From the NCBI RefSeq assembly GCF_001194135.2, contig NC_068994.1, forward strand, positions 21,135,368 through 21,199,367: a stretch of DNA of 64,000 bases, in the 5' to 3' direction. Positions 49,900-61,380 of the stretch are shown one piece after another (the first letter of the stretch is position 1; each line of letters opens with the position of its first letter). The notes below the pieces were generated by a model. The model was not told the origin of the DNA. It saw only the letters and a program-made list of their open reading frames with translations, and made no database searches. The stretch comes from Octopus bimaculoides. Lineage: Eukaryota. The translations under genes and the position numbers were made by a program.

Positions 49900-50116
49900 T
49901 TCTTTAGCATTCAGATTACTCTGTCAAATATAATGCTTATTCATTTACATTGTTTTGAATTAATCATGAATTATCTCATAGCTTCGAGATTTCAATGGTG
50001 TGATTGCTTTTAGAATAACATTGTAGAGCAAGTGTGATAGGCCAGGTCCAGCTGGCTTGAACATAAATCAGGTAAAATATTTGGGTCAGATATGACAGGT
50101 TTAAATGCTAAAGAGT
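49900..50116. mobile_element. piggyBac-type MITE copy 2
   Basis: TTAA at both ends (49896-49899, 50117-50120); same orientation and internal sequence as copy 1. Confidence 0.75.
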
Positions 50117-50445
50117 TAAACAAACACAGAAACTGACAGGAAAAAAAGAGAAAGAAATGAGATTATAGGCAGGCACATTTTATTTTATAGGATGTAGGAA
50201 GAGAGGCTGTGCCCAAGACTGTTGAAGTCTCTTTCAGACTTATGAGACTGAACATTTTAAGGCTTAGTTGGAAGAGGAAGGGCAGCACCTTTCTTGGGGC
50301 CTCCAAAACAAGTGTAAGGAAATTATCTTCAGATGAGAGACTTGGTCCACATGAGGATGTTCAGCTTCAATAATTGTACGACAAACATGGTCTGTAGCAA
50401 GGGCCTTAGTGGATAGAGTATAGAGGTTGAAAAAGGCAAGCTAAG

Positions 50446-50493
<48 letters not shown>

Positions 50494-51026
50494 NNNNNNN
50501 NNNNNNNNNNNNNNNNNNNNNNNNNNNNNNNNNNNNNNNNNNNNNNNNNNNNNNNNNNNNNNNNNNNNNNNNNNNNNNNNNNNNNNNNNNNNNNNNNNNN
50601 NNNNNNNNNNNNNNNNNNNNNNNNNNNNNNNNNNNNNNNNNNNNNNNNNNNNNNNNNNNNNNNNNNNNNNNNNNNNNNNNNNNNNNNNNNNNNNNNNNNN
50701 NNNNNNNNNNNNNNNNNNNNNNNNNNNNNNNNNNNNNNNNNNNNNNNNNNNNNNNNNNNNNNNNNNNNNNNNNNNNNNNNNNNNNNNNNNNNNNNNNNNN
50801 NNNNNNNNNNNNNNNNNNNNNNNNNNNNNNNNNNNNNNNNNNNNNNNNNNNNNNNNNNNNNNNNNNNNNNNNNNNNNNNNNNNNNNNNNNNNNNNNNNNN
50901 NNNNNNNNNNNNNNNNNNNNNNNNNNNNNNNNNNNNNNNNNNNNNNNNNNNNNNNNNNNNNNNNNNNNNNNNNNNNNNNNNNNNNNNNNNNNNNNNNNNN
51001 NNNNNNNNNNNNNNNNNNNNNNNNNN
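50494..51026. other. Assembly gap (N run) after a (GT)n tract
   Basis: Direct inspection. Other gaps are at 607-616, 4074-4167, 18374-18383 and 58910-58919. Confidence 0.99.
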
Positions 51027-51240
51027 TTGCTGAATCCTTAACCACGCATGCGTGGGTTTCAACATCGAAGCGTTCCCGCTATTAGACTGTCTCTTACGAA
51101 GCCAGACAGCGACCAAGCAAGACGTCTAAGCAAGCTCTCCCATTTGAGTGTGGTTGAACCAAGTTGTCTCTATAACGACACCAGCTCGAAGAACCGTACA
51201 TCTACATTTCAGGCCACTCTAAAACTGGACAATTAGAAGC
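51027..51240 (-). promoter_or_regulatory. Candidate TMEM230 promoter / non-coding first exon
   Basis: Local CpG cluster and a minus-strand donor-like TTC|GTAAGA at 51098/51097. No TMEM230-like coding sequence. Confidence 0.25.
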
Positions 51241-51420
51241 TGTTTTATTTTCCACCGAACAATAAATATTTGTTGTTGTTGATCAGTTTGGAGTTTCTGC
51301 GTTCAGTTCTCTTCCAATTTAATGTAGGAAAGTTAGGTGTATATCTAAAGATATATAACCCACTCTCCTAAAGTATCTCAAATTACTGAAACTAGGAAGT
51401 ACAATATATTTTTAACAATG

Positions 51421-51660
51421 TTTATCTTTTAGTCTTTTATCTTTTACTTGTTTCAGTCATTTGACTATGGCCATGCTGGGGCACCACCATGAAGAATTTA
51501 TAGTTGAATGAATCGAACCCAATACTAATTTTTTAAGCCTGCTACTTATTCTATCAATCACTTTTACTGAACTGCTAAGTTACAGGGACATAAACACACC
51601 AACAATGGTTGTCAAGTAGTGGTGGGAGACAAATACAGGCACAAATATACATATACATAC
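51421..51660 (-). mobile_element. SINE family A, 3' half
   Basis: Reverse complement of the family A tail; ends at the TA tract. Confidence 0.75.
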
Positions 51661-51679
51661 ATATATATATATATATATA

Positions 51680-52816
51680 AGATTTGGGTGGAGGAAGTTT
51701 AGAGAGTTATTACTTCTGTTAGCAACAAAAGGCTTCTCTCTCAGAATGAAAAGTAGACTATATGATGCTTGTGTACAAATGGCTACACTCCATGGTAGTG
51801 AGACATGGGCTCTGAATGCTGAAGACATGCATTAACTGGAAAGAAACGAAGGTAGTATGCTCTGTTGGATGTGTAACATCAGTGCAAATGTACTGAGAGA
51901 AAAGTTGGGTATAAGAGGAATCAAATGTAGCATGCAAGAGAGAAGACTACGTTGGGTTGGACATGTGATGTGTATGAATGAGGACAGCTGCATAAAGAAG
52001 TGCTGATCTCTGAAAGTGGATGGTAATCGTAGAAGAAGGAGACTCAGGAAGACATGGGATGAAGTGGTAAGGACTGATCTCAGGAAGTTGGACCTCACGG
52101 AGGAAATGACCATGGACCGAGATGTCTGAAGATATGAAGTTCTTGAGAAGACCTGCCACATCAGCAAAACTGAGTTCTAGAAGCGCTGTGTAGAAAACTT
52201 CTCACACACTCTACCACAATGAACCAAACTATGTCTCTACATCCCTTCTCTTCTTCACATTCCTGCTTCATGTACTATGATTACCTCTCACTCCCCAATC
52301 TTGTCCTCTTGGTCTGGTGCCACTGTATCATTGCTCTCTGTTTGCCCTGACCTATGAGTTCTACCAACATGCCTTGTCTCATTCTATTATTGTCATCTGC
52401 TAGCCCCCAACCTAAGTGTTCCACCCACACGTAACAAGAAAACTTTTCCCACAAACCAAGTTACATCTCTTCTCTTTCTTGCATTTCCTCCTTCATTCAC
52501 TATGCCTATTTCTCCCTCCTTGCCTAGTTCTCACTCTCCAATCCTGTCCTCACACACCTGCTCCTCTGTATCACTGCTATCCGGTAGCCCCTCCAACTCT
52601 ATATCTACCCAGGTCTTTCACCACTTACTCGCACTCCCTTTGCAATAACCTGTCACCTGTCACTTATATTATGGCATTTGAACCTCAAGGGTATGCTCTG
52701 GTACTTGCCACTATCTGTATCTCTCTCCTCCTTTACTCAACCATCTCATTTATGCTCTGATCCCTGTTCCTTCTGAGTATGCCCAGCATTTTGCCACCAT
52801 CTTCATCCTGCAATCT

Positions 52817-52862
<46 letters not shown>

Positions 52863-53280
52863 GGCCAGTTAACCTTGTACTTCCTCTTCAGCAAGACACC
52901 TATATCTGTCTCACTATAACCTTTTCATCATCACCTCCTCCAATGCCTCCCCCCTCTTAAAAGTTTTTATCTTGCAAGTACTTGGTGACTCTGTCAGTGC
53001 AGGTGCCACTTAAAAGCACCCAGTCCACACTGTAAAGTGGTTGGCGTTTGGAAGGGCATCCAGCTGTAAAAACCTTCCCAAAACTGACCTCGCCTGTGCT
53101 TGTGCCACATAAAAAGCACTAAGTCCACTCTGCTGAGTGGTTGATATTACGAAAGGCATCCAGCTATAAAAATCCTGCCAAAACAGTCACAGAAGTCTGG
53201 TGCAGACTTTGGCCTTGGGTAGTTCTTGTGGTACTGTCCCACCCATGCTAGATGGAACACGGACGTTAAATGATAAAGAT
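51680..53280 (+). mobile_element. RTE LINE, 5'-truncated, with long CT-rich 3' UTR and tail
   Basis: LHGSETWALNAED...QERRLRWVGHVM; the tail ends CCCATGCTAGATGGAACACGGACGTTAAATGAT. Confidence 0.8.
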
Positions 53281-53281
53281 G

Positions 53282-53313
<32 letters not shown>

Positions 53314-54114
53314 AGCGGCTAATGCTATGCTTTGAGTTGGTATGTTGTAGCTGTCTACCAAATGTAGCATGTAAATGTAACGCTTGAAGGTTCTTGCGTC
53401 GGAGTACCTGTAAACATCGAAGAATCAACACCAAGAAGGAAGAAATATTATTTGCATATGTTTATTCATTTGCCCGACAGGTAGTTAAAGAGACAGTAGC
53501 AATTCTAGTGATAATGACAACAAGGATAGCTCGCTGGTTAGTAGTTGATAGTGTAGAAAAAGGTTGTCTATCAGTAGATAGTGAAAGAGTAAGGAATGCA
53601 TGGTGCTGACTAGAAAGGAAGAAAAGACAGAAGTGGCATCGTCTTTCTTGCAGCCGAGGAAAGTGCTGCTCCTGGTCATGGCTGATGCAAAAGAGCGTGT
53701 TGCTCCTTGGTCTGACTGACACAAAAGAGGAAGAGATAGGAAATTCTCTCTGTTATATAGACTATGGTCAGTAATGTAGGTCAAACCCTAAACAGAGGAC
53801 TGACCTTTCCTTGATCAACACAGGTACTAGGGGGTCGAGTGTTTCCTCATCAATTATCTGGTGTGGAGAAGATTTCCTGCTCATTTTGACAAGCAGCAAG
53901 CGGGTGGATTTGGTTTCAAATCTCAGGCAGGGTCAAGCTAGATCCCTACACTACTCCCCTGCTAGAGAGTTTCTAAAAAAAAAAGAAATGTACAATCTAG
54001 GGAAAAGAGTGCATCCATAGAAAAATGCATTTAAAGACAAGGTGAAAATAACGTTCAGCTAGTTCCCTACATATGTATAGAGTGTCAGGTGTGGTGTACA
54101 AATATTGAATAATT

Positions 54115-54668
54115 GACAAGAAAGGTCGCCAGAATTTTGGAAAAAATCTTTTTATTTCTTCCTTATTATTAACGCTTTTGTTTGTTTCTCGAACTTGTCA
54201 AATAGACTTTTTTTAATGTACAAACAGCTTGTTCATTTATATAAAACAGTTGCTTTTTTTGGGGGGGTGGGGTGAGGTTCCATGACAATGGAGATAGATA
54301 GAAAGAGACATAGGTAGATAGGCTGATAGATAGATAGAGAGAGAGAGAGAGAAGGCGGATCCCCTTCCTATTCACCATTCATTTATTTATTTTTCCCTTC
54401 TCTCTCTCTCTCCTTGTCTATCTCTCTATCTATCATCCTATGTACCTACCTATCTTTCTATATATCTATCTCTATTGTCATGGAACCCTACCCAAAAAAA
54501 CAACAATGTTCGCTTTTTCTAAACAAAGCCCCAAAAAAACTTGTTTTATATAAATGAACAAGCTGTTTGTGCATTCACAAAATTCTATTTGACAAGTTAG
54601 AATGAAAGCGCTAATAATAATGAAGAAATAAAAAGATCTTTTTCCAAAATTCTGGCAACCTTTTTGCT
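54115..54668. repeat. Long imperfect inverted repeat (fold-back/MITE-like)
   Basis: Arms at ~54121-54356 and ~54395-54663 are mutual reverse complements, with a loop of about 40 nt. Confidence 0.85.
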
Positions 54669-54682
54669 CACTATACATATAG

Positions 54683-54785
54683 TGGGCTTCTTTCAGTCAA
54701 AGATGCTTACCCAAGGTACCACGCAGTGGGGACTGAACCCAGAACAATGTGGTTGGGAAGCAAGCTTCTTACTACACAGCCACCT
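54683..54785 (-). mobile_element. SINE family A, 5' part with internal deletion
   Basis: Reverse complement of the family A head. Confidence 0.7.
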
Positions 54786-55429
54786 TTTTACCATGATATT
54801 TATTTTAGTAATATGCTAGATAAGCAAAGGGCTTTAGAGAAAATGAAACCAATGATATGAAATTGAAATATATTGAGCCATAGTATTACAATGTCTCTCA
54901 GATGTTAGTGGTGATAATAGTAAAGTAAATATTACAGTACTGACCACCAATGTACAGAAATATTTAAACTTTTTAGCTGACGTTGGGTCAAATATTTTTT
55001 AAGATCATATAGCTGAGTGGAAATTTTGAGCATATCCTTATTGCTTTTATTAGTTTGTAAAAGAATGTAAACAATGCCCATATACCAAATGGATAGAAAA
55101 AAACTAAGTTCAGGTTTGTGATTTAAGAAAAAAAAGCACTGGTATTCTAAAGTATGTAAAAATGTGCAAGCATTGAACAGCACATGCTGTAATGCACTAT
55201 CTCAGAAAAACTTCTCAAAGAGAATTTAGATGAGCAAAAGCTGTTGTCATAGCAATAAGATAAAAGGTTGTTGTCATAGCAATAAGACAAAAATTGACAG
55301 ATCTAAGTTTACAACGTATTAATAAGTAAGTAAAATCTCTAGCTGACAACTGGAGGGGGAGGCTGTCCTCTTAACTAATATACTGCTGTGGGTACCACTA
55401 GATGATGGACTCTGGTGATGATATTATTC

Positions 55430-55710
55430 CATGCTTTCTAATCCGTGGCACTGGCCTTAACATGCTTAAGGTTGAGGCACTGCAACTTCAGGTCTTCCTC
55501 AATTTGTTTCACTCATGTCTTCTTTAGTGTGCTGTGCTGGAATCTCCAGTGCATGGGTCACTGCCATCACAAAAGTTGGTGTGGTAGTCTTCCGATACTC
55601 ATCCTGTAAATGTGGCCAAACCACTGTAGCCTGCACTGCCGGATTTGGTCTTTAATGGTCAACTGTTGCTGGCATTGTTCTTGGATGTTGTTGTTTGAGA
55701 TTTGGTCATG
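55430..55710 (-). mobile_element. RTE-type LINE C-terminal remnant
   Basis: TIKDQIRQCRLQWFGHIYRM...VKQIEEDLK on the minus strand, with stops. Confidence 0.65.
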
Positions 55711-56597
55711 TAGAGAGCTTAGCAAATGATTTTGTTTGTACATGATTGAAAGTGTTTTTTTCTTCTTTTTTTAGTTCTCCACTTTGAAACAGAATTGCTT
55801 CTTTAAAAATATTTAATCAATGAACTCTATGCCAAGATTTACTAACTCTCCTAACCCATTTTGAGAACATGAATGGCCAAGTTAATAGGATAACAGATAA
55901 CCAGTTAAAAGGTAAGTGGTTTGTTTACTGTCACCAGCATGTTGTTGTGACTAAAAGGTATAACTCAGAAGTAACCCAGTTTGTCTAGTTATAAATACGT
56001 ACTGCATTACACGAACAGTTTAAAACTGTAAGCAGCAGCATCACTACATAACATGAGTGATTCATTAGCTTTCGATGTTGAATTCAACTCCACTTCTAGG
56101 TTTAGCTAGGACGATTGGTTCTATCAAATTGATTTGCTCCAGAAACCTTATAACAAATATAGTGTTACATGGTGCCTATATGGCTCAATGATTATGATAC
56201 CAATCAGTTTGCTTTAACATTCTCTTCTATTTATCAGGACAGTGTTCTCATACCTACCTGTCTAGGTAATTCTAGACTGAGGACAGATTAGAATAACTAG
56301 GTGTATTGATGACTAGCTTGGAATGAAAATAACAAATGAGATATAAAAAAAAATTAACATTACAACACTGATGACTGAAGGGTTATGTGACAGATTTGAA
56401 CTCTACTAGACCCACACTGTAAGTTTAAACTCTGACACAGTTGGATAGTTACAAATGTCTCTTCCCAATCATGGTTCGGTATACAAACTGATTGTATGGC
56501 ACTCTATTTAATTACAGTCTTGGTTTGACCAATGACTTGTGAGTAGAATTGCCAAACTGCAACTGAGTATATGTATCTTTCACCAGTATGTATTGGT

Positions 56598-57205
56598 CAT
56601 CATCATCATCGTTGTTTAACATCCGCTTTCCATGCTAGCATGGGTTGGACGATTTGACTGAGGACTGGTGAAACCAGATAGCTACACCAGGCTCCAATCT
56701 GATTTGGCAGAGTTTCTACAGCTGGATGCCCTTCCTAACGCCAACCACTTAGAGAGTGTAGTGGGTGCTTTTACGTGTCACCCGCACGAATGCCAGTCAG
56801 GCGGTACTGGCAACGGCCACGCTCAAAATGGTGTATTTTATGTGCCACCTGCACAAGAGCCAGTCCAGGGGCACTGTCAACGATCTCGCTCGAAAATCCT
56901 ATGAAGGCCAGTCAGGCGGTACTGGCAACGGTCATGCTCAGGATGGTACATCTTATGTGCCACCCGCACAAGAGCCAGTCTAGGGGCACTAGCAACGATC
57001 TCGCTCGAAAGTCCTTACACATGCGGCGGGCACAAGTGCCAGATAGGCAACGCTGGGCACAGGTGCCATCACGATTTCGATTTTGCTTGCCCCAATAAGT
57101 CTTTGCAAGCTGAGTTTCGTGTCCCAATGAAGGAGACGACGTTGGCATGGGTGCCAGTTGTTGAATTTAACCCGATTTCGATTTCACTTGCCTCAACAGG
57201 TCTTG
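56598..57205 (-). mobile_element. RTE 3' UTR/tail with internal tandem repeats
   Basis: Same family as the 24657-25400 and 63545-64000 UTRs; (CAT)n end at ~56598. Confidence 0.85.
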
Positions 57206-57900
57206 AGCAAGGAAAATGAAAAACTGATGTTTTTATGAATGAAATCCCTTGAAAAATTTGTTCTGAATTAAAAATGCTGTGAATTTGTGGTTGGCCCTTT
57301 TGAAATCTGTAACCAGCGACACTATTATTCATAAATTACGATATAAAATGGATTTAGTAAAATACCTTATATTTTTATTATCTAAGTTCATGTTTAGAAT
57401 GAAACTTGTCAAATAGAATCTATATAAAATCATGATGGGAAATTTCAATGTAAAACAGTATTTATTTTTCTCTCATGATGCCAGGCAAGGTTGAATCAAG
57501 AGATTAGCAACAATACAGGAAGAGTCATTGACAGGCACCAGACTACAACTTCAAATCTCATTGTAAACAAGCTAGCAGAATTGAGTATTAGTCCTGATTT
57601 TCAAGCTTTAATTAACTTTTATCTAATTTATCTATTTATTTCTTATTTTGCAAACCTTAAGCAAGAAACTTTATTCAATTAGTCCCAGTAAACTCATTTA
57701 CAAAACAAACTCAAACTCTAGTCCTTTTTAACAGAATACTTTCTTTTTGACAAGAGGTGCAGGCATGGCTGTGTGGTAAGAAGTCTGCTTCCCAACCACT
57801 GAGTGGATTTGGTAGATGGAAACTGAATGCTTCTTAAAAAGTATTCAACCCATGGATTCTATGCCAAAATTTGTTCTCAGTAATTATGTATAGTCTTAAG

Positions 57901-58080
57901 GCAGCAAGCTGGCAGCATTTTGTCCGTTTTCACATCCTGAGTTCAAATTCTGCCAAGGTCAACTTTGTCTTTCATCCTTTTGGGATCGATAAAATAAGTA
58001 TCAGTTGAACACTGGAGTTGATGTAATTGACTAGCCCCTCCCCCAAAATTTCAGGCCTTGTGCCTATTAGTAGAAAGAAA
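57901..58080 (+). mobile_element. SINE family B (internal deletion)
   Basis: Matches the family consensus. Confidence 0.8.
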
Positions 58081-58473
58081 TATTTTTGTATAGTCTTTAT
58101 ATCACTATTTAGCATATTTTACAATGAAAACTTGTGCTTATTTTATTCGATATCTCTTGAATGCTGTTCTATTTATTCAACTGTTGAATACATGTAAATG
58201 CAAATGTTTCAGGTTAATAAAACTTTTTGAGAACTAATACCAATATTAGTACAGTGACCATTATGCACGTAACACGGTCCACCAAATGTTGTTATTCATC
58301 AATAATTATTTAACAATCCTAATATCACACTACAAATATATTGACTGAATTTATCCAAGTAAATCTTAGTAAAAATCAATCCTAGCAAGATCTAACCTTG
58401 AAATGTTCAGATTCACTTTGTTTTTAATCACTCTACTGCCATATTTCAAAATATTTATAAAAAACATTGAGCA

Positions 58474-59071
58474 GGCGCAGGAGTGGCTGTGTGGTAAGTA
58501 GCTTGCTTACCAGCCATATGGTTTCGGGTTCAGTCCCACGGCGTAGCACCATGGGCACGTGTCTTCTACTATAGCCTCGAGCCGACCAAAGCCTTGTGAG
58601 TGGATTTGGTAGACGGAAACTGAAAGAAGCCTGTCGTATATATCTAGGTATATGTTTGTGTGCTACGTATATATCTATGTATATAACTGGTGCTACGGAA
58701 TTTGCAGATGTAGAAGAGGTGAGGAAAAAGCGACGGAGGCGTTAAATGGAATCCCGATTTAAGGACTGTGTCAAGTCTTCATTAAAGGCCTGTGATATGC
58801 AGGACACTGACTGGGAGAACAATGCCTGTCATCGCCACGGATGGTGGAAGCAGGTTAATGAGGGGATCGACACTTTTGAGAGAGCACGTATCCAGCATGA
58901 AGAACTTAANNNNNNNNNNTCCCCGTAACTTAGCGGTTCGGCAAAGAGACTGATAGAATAAGAACTAGGTTTATAAAGAATAAGTCCTGGGGTCGATTTG
59001 CTCGACTAAACGCGGTGCTCCAGCATGGCCGCAGTCAAATGACTGAAACAAGTAAAAGAGAGTAAAGAGTA
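58474..59071 (+). mobile_element. SINE family A with an RTE/BovB-like fragment (~58700-58909) and a gap in its central tract
   Basis: The 5' half spans 58474-58650 and the 3' half 58920-59071. The insert encodes RFKDCVKSSLKACDM...WENNACHRHGWWKQV. Confidence 0.8.
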
Positions 59072-59780
59072 GTTAAAACAAACATGAGGGAACAAGAACA
59101 CTATCTCTCATTCCTTGCTAAAGAAAGGTGGTAGAGAATCTTCACAATGGAACTGGACCACATCCACACTGAGTGTATGCTTGATAATAACCATTCATCA
59201 TAATTCCACAAGTCAGCAATTTGTGAATCTTAGACACAATACTAGTTTTAAACCTTAATTATTATTAGAAATTACAGTAGTTACAAACAGAAACAAAGCT
59301 TTCCAGATGGTTTCCTCCTAGTTTATGTGAAAATGTACATTATCACATCTTCAAATATATATCATCTTTGCATCTGCTTTCCATGGTGGCATGGGTTGGA
59401 CATTCTGACAGAATACTTAAGATGAAAGGACCACATCATGCTCCGGTGTTTCAGTTTTGACTTGGCCCTTCTTAATGCCAATGCATTTTTCCTAGCACCA
59501 GCACTAATGAGTTTGTCTTGTAATTGACAAGAGTAAAGAGTGAGAGGGGGAATAGGAGATGGTGTGGTCACTTTATGCCAGGTATTGAGAGGTTAAAGAA
59601 TATTGGGAGGAACAAAAACAGGTTTATTATTGTAGAGGAGATTTGCAGTTGCCTCACATGGGTTGGTGGAGCAGATGGAGGGGGTACTTAAAAAGAGGTC
59701 GATATGGTGGAGGTAAAGCACTAGAACATGATCTCAAAGCAAAGAAACAGTAACAGTAACACTCACATACACGCAAACAT

Positions 59781-59939
59781 GACAGGCTTTTTTCAGTTTT
59801 CATCTATCAAATACAATTAGAAAACTTTGGTCAGCCCAGAGCTAGAATTATAAGACACTTGCCCAAGGTATCACACAGTGGGACTGAACCTGAAACCATG
59901 TGATTGGGAAGCAAACTTCTTACCACATAGCCATGCCTG
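59781..59939 (-). mobile_element. SINE family A, 5' half
   Basis: Reverse complement of the family A head and body. Confidence 0.75.
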
Positions 59940-60984
59940 GGACATAACAAGTAATAAATTCTAAATAATGGACACGTTTAAAAATTGAACAAATAGTCTG
60001 AAACCAGAATGTGTTAAAAGAAAAAATGATATGTAAAGGAAGAAAGAAAAAAATAGAAAGCAATCATACACATGAGCACATATTCGATTTTGAAAAGTGA
60101 GGTAAAACTGACCTGAAATTTTAGTAGATAGTCAGATTTGTTCTTTTTGGTCATTTTGCAGTGAATTTACTGATAAAACCATACAAACTCAGGTTGAGTG
60201 GTTTTGTGTTTGATTTTGTTTTCTTCTCTACACCTAATTAAATATCAGGTGTTACATGCACACACACACACACAAGAGGGAGAAAGAGTCGGTGAAAGAG
60301 ACAGGAAGTATTCGCCAGGCAAGTTAACTTGACATATGCATATGTAAATGAATACAAGGGTGGGATCAAATGAAAGGGGGGAAGACTGGCTGTATCAACA
60401 GTGAAGATATTTTAATGTTGTAGCATTAAGTAAGTGGCTACTATAAGAGAAAGCCAAGCTATTAATATAGATACAACTGATTACAATGTTGTTGGGTATG
60501 AAAAAAGAGTGAGTGAGAGAGATTAAGGGATAAGTAAGATCCTGAAAGAAGAGATAAGAGAAGGAGAAATAGATACAGAGAGAGCAAGATAGTAAAATAC
60601 AGACAGATGAGAGTATATATATCTATAAGTGCCTACATACTAGAAGAGAGATGAAAACCAGTCCTACAATTTAGACTACAAAAGTTTTGGTTTTGTTTTT
60701 GATTGCTGGAACAGTCTGTCAAATGAATGTGGGAACTAGCAAATCTGATGCAGTAAGCCAAGAAATTTGAATTAAGATTACACCAACTTTAGGGATGAGA
60801 GTAACCATTATTTAAATGGATAATTCTTAAGGAAAGAAACAACCACCAAATTATAATTAAATTAAATATGAAATGTAATAAAGAGTGAGTCTGATCTAGC
60901 AGTATTGCACCAACTCCAGACATGTTTCAGTCTTATTAAATCTCCTCAGCAAAACATTGTTTAAATGTTCCTGTAGATATTAAA

Positions 60985-61380
60985 CAGGAGTGGCTGTGTG
61001 GTAAGTAGCTTGCTTACCAACCACATGGTTCCAGGTTCAGTCCCACTGCATGGCACCTTGGGCAAGTGTCTTCTACTATAGCTTCGGGCCAACCAAAGCC
61101 TTGTTAATGGATTTGGTAGACGGAAACTGAAAGAAGCCTATCGTATATATATGTATATATGCGTGTGTGTATGTTTGTGTGTCTGTGTTTTTTCCCTCCC
61201 AACCATCGCTTGACAACCAATGCTGGTGTGTTTACATCCCTGTAACTTAGCGGTTCGGCAAAAGAGACCGATAGAATAAGTACTAGGCTTACAAAGAATA
61301 AGTCCTGGTATCGATTTGTTTGACTAAAAGCTGTGCTCCAGCATGGCTGCAGTCAAATGACTAAAACAAATAAAAGAATA
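60985..61380 (+). mobile_element. SINE family A, full-length
   Basis: Collinear with 47852-48243. Confidence 0.92.

Noticed and set aside
50329-51116. Long ORFs of about 200 aa in the track
   Set aside because: They are almost entirely X residues from the N gap.
56770-57010. Regularly spaced repeats resembling a CRISPR array (also 24830-25100 and 63830-64000)
   Set aside because: These are degenerate tandem units within the RTE 3' UTR in a eukaryotic context; there are no unique spacers and no cas genes.
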